Below are positions 58,201-64,000 of a DNA stretch of 64,000 nucleotides, in pieces (position 1 is the first letter of the stretch; each line of letters starts with the position of its first letter). Source of the DNA: an uncultured Methylomirabilota bacterium. GTDB lineage: Bacteria > Methylomirabilota > Methylomirabilia > Methylomirabilales > 2-02-FULL-66-22. The stretch is from the NCBI GenBank assembly GCA_963845565.1, contig CAWJSJ010000002.1:768001-832000 (forward strand), given 5' to 3'. The notes under the pieces were generated by a model. It was not told the origin of the DNA. It was given only the letters and a program-made list of their open reading frames with translations, and made no database searches. Made by a program: the position numbers and the translations under genes.

Positions 58201-59202
58201 ATGAAGCGATGGGGCGGAATCCTTGTGACAACAATGGTGCTTGCTGCCATCTGCCTGCTTGCAGTCGGCACTCCGACGGCCCAGGCCGGGGAGACCTACA
58301 AACTCAAGATCGCCAACTGGTACGCGCCGGGCCATCCGGTAAACATCGCCCTGAAGGAGAAGTTCTTGCCGGCGATCAAGGAAGGGACCGGCGGCAAGGT
58401 CGAGGGGTTCCTTTACGACAGCAGCCAGCTCGGCGGCGAGCGGGAATTCACGGAAGGGGTACGGATTGGCACCATCGAGATGGCCATCACGGGCGGCATC
58501 CTCACGGCCTCGTACCCGAAGATCGGCATCCTGGAGCTGCCCTATGTGTTCCGGGATTACGACCACGTCCAGAAGACGCTGAACGGGCCCATCGGCGACG
58601 AGTTCGTGGCCGAGTACCAGAAGGCCGGCGTCCGGGTCCTGGGCTGGATGGCCAACGGCTTCCGGGTGATCTCCAACTCTAAGCGGCCCATCAACTCCCT
58701 CAAGGATATCCCGGGGATGCGGCTGCGCATGCCCGAGAACAAGGTGTACGTGGAGACGGGCAAGGCGTTGGGCTTTAACGTCGTGACCATGGGCATGCCC
58801 GAGGTGTTCAACGCGCTCAAGCAAGGGGTCATGGACGGGCAGGAGAATCCCTTCTCCACGCTGTGGGCCTCCGGCTGGTGGGAGGTGCAGAAGTACGTGA
58901 CGGTGAGCTACCACCTCTTCAGCTACAACGGGGTCTCGATCAACGACAAGCTCTACCAGAGCATGCCCAAGGAGTACCAGGACGTCCTCGCCAAGGCGGC
59001 TCGGGAAACCGCGGCCTACGAGTTCAAGCTGCTGCAGGACGACGAGAAGGATGTGATGAAGAAGCTGCAGGACAAGGGGCTGCAGATCAGCACCCCCGAT
59101 CGCAAGCCGTTCGAGGACGCCACCAAGGTGGTGCGGGACAACTACGCGAAGGGTTATGCCCCGGCGACGGAGATCATCACGAAGATCCAGGCGGTGAAAT
59201 AA
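58201..59202 (+). CDS. TRAP substrate-binding protein (DctP)
   Basis: Signal peptide; SQLGGERE, LELPYVF, NGFRVISN, ALKQGVMDGQENP. Confidence 0.93.
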   Translation: MKRWGGILVTTMVLAAICLLAVGTPTAQAGETYKLKIANWYAPGHPVNIALKEKFLPAIKEGTGGKVEGFLYDSSQLGGEREFTEGVRIGTIEMAITGGILTASYPKIGILELPYVFRDYDHVQKTLNGPIGDEFVAEYQKAGVRVLGWMANGFRVISNSKRPINSLKDIPGMRLRMPENKVYVETGKALGFNVVTMGMPEVFNALKQGVMDGQENPFSTLWASGWWEVQKYVTVSYHLFSYNGVSINDKLYQSMPKEYQDVLAKAARETAAYEFKLLQDDEKDVMKKLQDKGLQISTPDRKPFEDATKVVRDNYAKGYAPATEIITKIQAVK

Positions 59203-59296
59203 GGCCTTCCGGCTGATCGGCCTGCAGCGAGGCGCTCGGACCCCACACGGGCGGGCGCCCCGCTGGGTCGCCGTCCGGCCAGAGATGGGGGTGCAC

Positions 59297-59767
59297 ATGA
59301 CCGCGAAGGGTGTCCTGTCGCGGATCCTGGAAGTGATCATGGTGACCATCCTCACCATCATGGTGGGGCTCGTCTTCGGAAACGTGGTGGCGCGCTATGC
59401 GTTCAACTCCGCCATCACCTGGGCCGAAGAGGTCGCCCGGTTCCTGTTCGTCTGGCTGACGTTCGTCGGGGCCAGCTTCGGGCTCATGAAGGGGCTGCAC
59501 CTCGGGATGGACATGGTCGTGGCGCGCTTCTCGCCCCGCACCCGCAGCCTCATCGAGGTCGTCAACGGCTTTATCATCCTCGCCTTCCTGGGGGTGTGGG
59601 TGGTGGGCGGCGTGCATCTCATCCAGGCGAACCTAGACTACATGTCGCCCGCCACCGGGTTCTCCATGGGGTTGGTGTACCTGATCGGCCCGCTGGCCGC
59701 AGTCCTCATGGGCATCGAGGCCCTCAGCAGACTGGCCGCCTCCATCAAGACCTTGAGGAGAGAGTAG
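59297..59767 (+). CDS. TRAP small permease (DctQ) (start may be 59285)
   Basis: NVVARY, WAEEVARFLFVW, HLGMD. Confidence 0.9.
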   Translation: MTAKGVLSRILEVIMVTILTIMVGLVFGNVVARYAFNSAITWAEEVARFLFVWLTFVGASFGLMKGLHLGMDMVVARFSPRTRSLIEVVNGFIILAFLGVWVVGGVHLIQANLDYMSPATGFSMGLVYLIGPLAAVLMGIEALSRLAASIKTLRRE

Positions 59768-59772
59768 CCCGC

Positions 59773-61056
59773 ATGGATTCATTGATCATCTTCCTGGGTA
59801 TATTCTTCGTGTTCTTGGCCCTGGGGCTGCCGATCGGTATCTCGCTGGGCACGACAATGGTAGTCCTGGTGGTCTTCAAGTCGTCCCTGCCGCTATTAAT
59901 CGTGTCGCAGCAGATGATCATCGGCGCCGACAACTTCACGCTGATGGCCATCCCCTTCTTCATGCTGGCCGCGGAGCTGATGAGCTTCGGCGGCATCGCG
60001 AAGCGGCTCATCGATTTCATCAACTCTCTGGTGGGCTGGATCCGCGGCGGCCTGGGTCTGGTGAATGTGGGTACCAACATGATGCTGGCCGGGCTCTCGG
60101 GCTCCTCGGTGGCCGACGCGGCCCTGACCAGCTCCTTCTTCATTCCCACCATGGTGGCGCGCGGGTACGCCGCCGATTTCTCGGCGGCCCTCACCGCGGC
60201 GTCCTCGGTGATGGGGATCATCATTCCCCCCAGCATCCCCATGATCCTGCTGGGGATGATCGCCAGCATCTCGGTCCTCAGCCTCTTCATGGGCGGGGTG
60301 ATCCCGGGGATCATGATCGGGCTCTCCCTGATGGGCGTCTCCTACTATCAGTCCGTGAAGCGCGGGTACCCGGCCGAGCCGCGGGTGTCGCTCGGAGAGA
60401 TCTGGCGGCGGTTCCGGGTAACCATCTGGGCGACCTTGTACCCGGTGGTGATCATCGGCGGCATCCTGGGCGGGGTGTTCACCCTGACGGAGGCCTCGGT
60501 GGTGGCCGTGGTGTACGCCTTCGCCGTGGGAAAGTTCATCTACCGGGAACTGACCCTCAAGGCTATCTACCGGTCGCTGGTCAACGCGGCGACCACCTCG
60601 TCCTTGATCATGTTCATCGCCGCCACGGCCTCCGGCGTGGCCTGGTTCCTGAACAGCGAGCGGGTCCCCCAGATGATCGCCGCCTTCCTGGCCGGACTCA
60701 CGCGGGATCCCCTGATCTTCATGCTGATCGTCAATGTCTTCCTGCTGGTCGTGGGCTGCGTCATGGATCTCACGCCGGCCCTCCTGATCCTGGCCCCGAT
60801 CCTCTATCCGGTGAGCAAGCAGTACGGCATCGACCCCATCTACTTCGGCGTGGTGATGACCGTCAATCTGGCCATCGGCTTGATCACCCCGCCGGTGGGC
60901 AACTGCCTGTATATCGCCACGGGCGTGGCCAAGCTGCCGCTGGTCCAGGTGATCCGACAGATCTGGCCGTTCCTGATTGTCTTGATTCTGATCCTGTTCC
61001 TGATCACTTTCTTCCCTCCGCTCATCACCTGGTTGCCGACCCTGTTGAAGGCGTGA
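59773..61056 (+). CDS. TRAP large permease (DctM)
   Basis: FTLMAIPFF, RGGLG, SGSSVAD, IIPPSIP, TPPVG. Confidence 0.93.
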   Translation: MDSLIIFLGIFFVFLALGLPIGISLGTTMVVLVVFKSSLPLLIVSQQMIIGADNFTLMAIPFFMLAAELMSFGGIAKRLIDFINSLVGWIRGGLGLVNVGTNMMLAGLSGSSVADAALTSSFFIPTMVARGYAADFSAALTAASSVMGIIIPPSIPMILLGMIASISVLSLFMGGVIPGIMIGLSLMGVSYYQSVKRGYPAEPRVSLGEIWRRFRVTIWATLYPVVIIGGILGGVFTLTEASVVAVVYAFAVGKFIYRELTLKAIYRSLVNAATTSSLIMFIAATASGVAWFLNSERVPQMIAAFLAGLTRDPLIFMLIVNVFLLVVGCVMDLTPALLILAPILYPVSKQYGIDPIYFGVVMTVNLAIGLITPPVGNCLYIATGVAKLPLVQVIRQIWPFLIVLILILFLITFFPPLITWLPTLLKA

Positions 61057-61125
61057 GTCGGCGGAAGAAGGGAAGAGCGCTTGGCCACTAGGCGGGCGCA
61101 CCTTGGTACGCCTGGGACACCGACC

Positions 61126-62113
61126 ATGACGCAACCGACGGTCTTGGTGACGACCCGATCCTTCGGGAAGGAGGTCCGCGAGCCGCTGGAGCGGCTGCAG
61201 CGGGAGGGGTGTCCGCATCCTGGAGTGGCGCGAAGGGAGCGGCCTGCCCGAGTCTGACCTGCTGGCGAAGCTGGCCGAGGCCGACGCCTGGATCGTGGCC
61301 TTTCACCCGATCGGCCCCGCCCTCTTGGACCAGGCGCCGCGGCTGCGCATCATCGCCAAGCACGGCGTGGGCGTGGACAACATCGACATCGCGGCGGCCA
61401 CGGAGCGCGGGATCGTGGTCACAACTGCCCCCAGCGCCAACGATCAGGCGGTCGCCGATCTTGCCATGGCGCTGCTCCTTGCGCTCCTCCGGCGCATCCC
61501 CGAGGCCAGCGGCAGCGTCAAGGCCGGTCGCTGGGAACGCTTCCTGGGGGCGGGGTTCGCCGGGAAGACGATGGGGATCCTCGGCCTCGGCCGCATCGGC
61601 CAGAACGTGGCCCGGCGCGCCGCGGGATTCGGCGTGGAGCTGATCGGCGCCGATCCAGTCTGGCCGGAGGAGGCGGCACGGGAGATCGGCATCCGCCGGG
61701 TGGGCATCCGAGACCTGCTCGCCGAATCGGACATCATCACCCTGCATGCGCCGCTCACGCCCGAGACCGAGGGGTTGATCGGTGAGCGCGAGATTACCCT
61801 GATGAAGTCGGGCGTCTGGATCGTCAACACGTCACGCGGGAAGGTGGTCAACGAGAAGGCGATGTATGAGGCGTTGGTCTCGGGGAAGGTCGCCGGGTAC
61901 GCCACCGACGTCTTCGAGACCGAGCCACCGGCAGGAAGCCCGCTGCTATCCCTGCCCAATGTCATCGGCACACCGCACATGGGCACCCACACCCGGGAAT
62001 CCATCCGGTGCATGGGCGACCGGGTCGTGGACGCCGTTCTCGGCGTTCTCCGCGGGGAGCGCCCCGAGCATGTCGTGAACCCGGAGGTGTGGGAGTATCG
62101 AAAGGCAGTATAG
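61126..62113 (+). CDS. D-2-hydroxyacid/phosphoglycerate dehydrogenase-like protein, with an apparent +1 frameshift near 61213
   Basis: MTQPTVLVTTRSF N-terminus continues as RILEWREGS...KHGVGVDNID, GLGRIG, NTSRG, TPHMG after one extra C. Confidence 0.85.
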
Positions 62114-62146
62114 CGCACATCCACGACGGGCGACGACGCTTTTGCC

Positions 62147-62176
62147 TTGACGCTGCGCCCTGCTCTCAGATACCGT
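62147..62176 (+). promoter_or_regulatory. Putative sigma70 promoter
   Basis: TTGACG-18 nt-TACCGT. Confidence 0.45.
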
Positions 62177-62266
62177 CAACGCCGCTGATGAGAGCTCCCT
62201 GCAGTTCCCGTGGGGATACACATGGCAGCCAACACGCAACCGGCGGCGCAACCACGCGATGCGGCG

Positions 62267-62304
62267 ACCCTCTGGGGGTGATCTCCAGGGGGTTTCGTTT
62301 TTTT
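62267..62304 (+). terminator. Intrinsic terminator-like hairpin upstream of the third dctP
   Basis: ACCCTCTGG-loop-CCAGGGGGT followed by TTCGTTTTTTT. Confidence 0.7.
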
Positions 62305-62367
62305 GCGTGAGCGTGGGGCCGGTATTGGATAGCGCGTGGCTTCAACCACTTCCAAAGGAGGGCACAG

Positions 62368-63385
62368 ATGAGACGCAGAATGGTTCTGGTGAGCGTGACC
62401 GCCCTATTCTCCCTGTTCCTCGTCGGCGGCATGGCAGCGGCGGTGGAGAAGGGGCCGGACGGGAAAGTCATCCTGCGGATGGCGCATTCGAGCCCGGTGG
62501 ACAATCCGACCGACATCGCGGCCAAGAAGTGGGTCGAGACGATCGCCCAGAAGACCGGCGGAAAAGTCGAGATCAAGATCTTCCCGAACGAGCAGCTCGG
62601 CAGCGAAAAGGCGTGCCTCGAAGGCGCCGTCCTCGGGACGATCGACATCTCCCTGAACGACGCCGCGTATGTGGCCGACCTGTACCCCATTGCAGGCGTC
62701 TTCGACTTCCCCTTCACGTTCCGCGATTGGGCCCACTACGCGGCGATGCTGAAGAACCCCATCTTCCCGGAGATGGCTGCCATCATCGAGAAAGAGGTGG
62801 GCGTCAAGACGCTGTCCATCTGGATCTACGGACGGCGGCTGCTGGTCAGCAAGAAGCTCGTGCGCTCGCCGGCCGATGCCAAGAACATGAAGATTCGGAC
62901 CCCGCCCTCCGAGCTGGCCCAGGAAAACGCCCGGGTGCTCGGGGGTATTCCGGTGACCATCGCGTTCAGCGAGACCTACATGGCCCTCAAGCAAGGCCTC
63001 GCGGACGCGGCCGAGAACCCCTCGACCGCCATCTACGATCAGAAATGGTATGAAGTGACCAAGTATCTCGCTTTGACCAATCACGTGTGGAACAACGAGA
63101 TCCTCACCATGAGCAAGAAGGCGTGGGAGGCGCTCAGCCCGGAGCAGCAAAAGATCGTGCGGGATGCGAGCAACGAGATGGCGGTGTACCGGATGGACCT
63201 CCAGAAGCAACTGGAGGAGTCCCGCGTCGCGGATCTCAAGAAAACTCGGGATGGAAGTCGTCGTTCCGCCCAGCCTGGATCCTTACCGCGCGATCGCCTC
63301 CGAGATCAAGAAGAGGTACACCACGAAGTATGCGAAGTTCGAGTGGGCGAAGTGGCACGACCGGGTATTGAACATCGGTAAGTAA
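62368..63385 (+). CDS. TRAP substrate-binding protein (DctP), with an apparent +1 frameshift near 63241
   Basis: IFPNEQLG, KIRTP, YMALKQGLADAAENP; the C-terminus continues LGMEVVVP...NIGK-stop after an extra A in an A run. Confidence 0.85.
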
Positions 63386-63537
63386 ACGGCGATCGGCTCC
63401 GTTTTTCTCCGCGCGACGCCGGTGGATGCGCAGGGCCTCGTGGGTCGGGGTGTGGGCGTCTGGCGCTCTTGCTCCGGCCACGAGGCCGTCTTGCCTTCCG
63501 GCGGCCAGCGCAACCTTCAGGAAGGAACCTGCCGACC

Positions 63538-64000
63538 ATGCTCCTCGAGAGGATGGCCAAGCTGGCTGACGCCGTGCTGACGTGGTGGATCGTTGGCGCG
63601 CTCGTCGTCATGGTACTCACGATCCTCAGCGATGTCTTCCTTCGGGAAGCGGTGAGTTATCCCCTGACCTGGAATCTGGAGGTCGCCCAGTACTGCCTGA
63701 TCAACCTGACGTATGTCGGCGCGGCCCTGGCGTACCGGCTGCGGGCCCACATCGCGATCAATATAGTCACCTCCAGGCTCCCCGCTCATGTGGAGAAATG
63801 GGTTGACGTGTTCGCACGATGCCTCGTGCTTCCGTTTCTCGCCACGCTGGCGTACTCGGGAATCCAGGTGCTGCAGAAGGCGAAAGGGGTCACGCCGACC
63901 CTCCAGCTCCCCATCTGGGTGTACTATTTCCCGATCTTCATCGGGTCTGTCCTCTTGTGCTTCTACGGCGTGGTCCAGGTCGTGGAGGCCGTCGGGGTCG
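63538..64000 (+). CDS. TRAP small permease (DctQ), runs off the window
   Basis: MLLERMAK...DVFLRE...WNLEVAQY...GAALAYRLRAHIAIN; open to the window end. Confidence 0.82.
   Translation, partial: MLLERMAKLADAVLTWWIVGALVVMVLTILSDVFLREAVSYPLTWNLEVAQYCLINLTYVGAALAYRLRAHIAINIVTSRLPAHVEKWVDVFARCLVLPFLATLAYSGIQVLQKAKGVTPTLQLPIWVYYFPIFIGSVLLCFYGVVQVVEAVGV

Noticed and set aside
62185..62194. CTGATGAG as a hammerhead core, or the leader as a T-box or SAM riboswitch
   Set aside because: No downstream GAAA core, no TGGNACC T-box bulge and no SAM-I consensus. The region is kept only as an unclassified leader.

Overview
GC-rich bacterial chromosomal window with about 50 genes and no rRNA, tRNA or CRISPR array that I can see. 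Gene content in order: a partial DAHP synthase; amidohydrolase, CnbZ-like and serine hydrolase genes; a DUF438 (hemerythrin/PAS)-DUF1858 pair; an OYE-family oxidoreductase; two type II toxin-antitoxin pairs; a roughly 6.3 kb segment of gene remnants (frdB, dcu, Y1/RAYT transposase, MNT) around an intact aspA, bounded by a 316-bp duplication of the 5' end of a TPP-enzyme gene; a recC-recB-recD operon; a PdxA/NudC/dehydrogenase cluster; sodC; an MscS channel; and an RpiR/HexR-headed sugar-acid locus with three TRAP systems. The most striking structure not explained by genes is a family of six 99-100 bp bipartite double-hairpin elements. They insert at TTA/TAA(G) triplets, and in two cases removing the element plus one triplet restores an interrupted reading frame. 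A second, roughly 140 bp MITE-like family has three copies with an internally shuffled module. A candidate attenuator or riboswitch leader lies upstream of the last TRAP operon. All product calls come from motif recognition by eye; no database searches were run.
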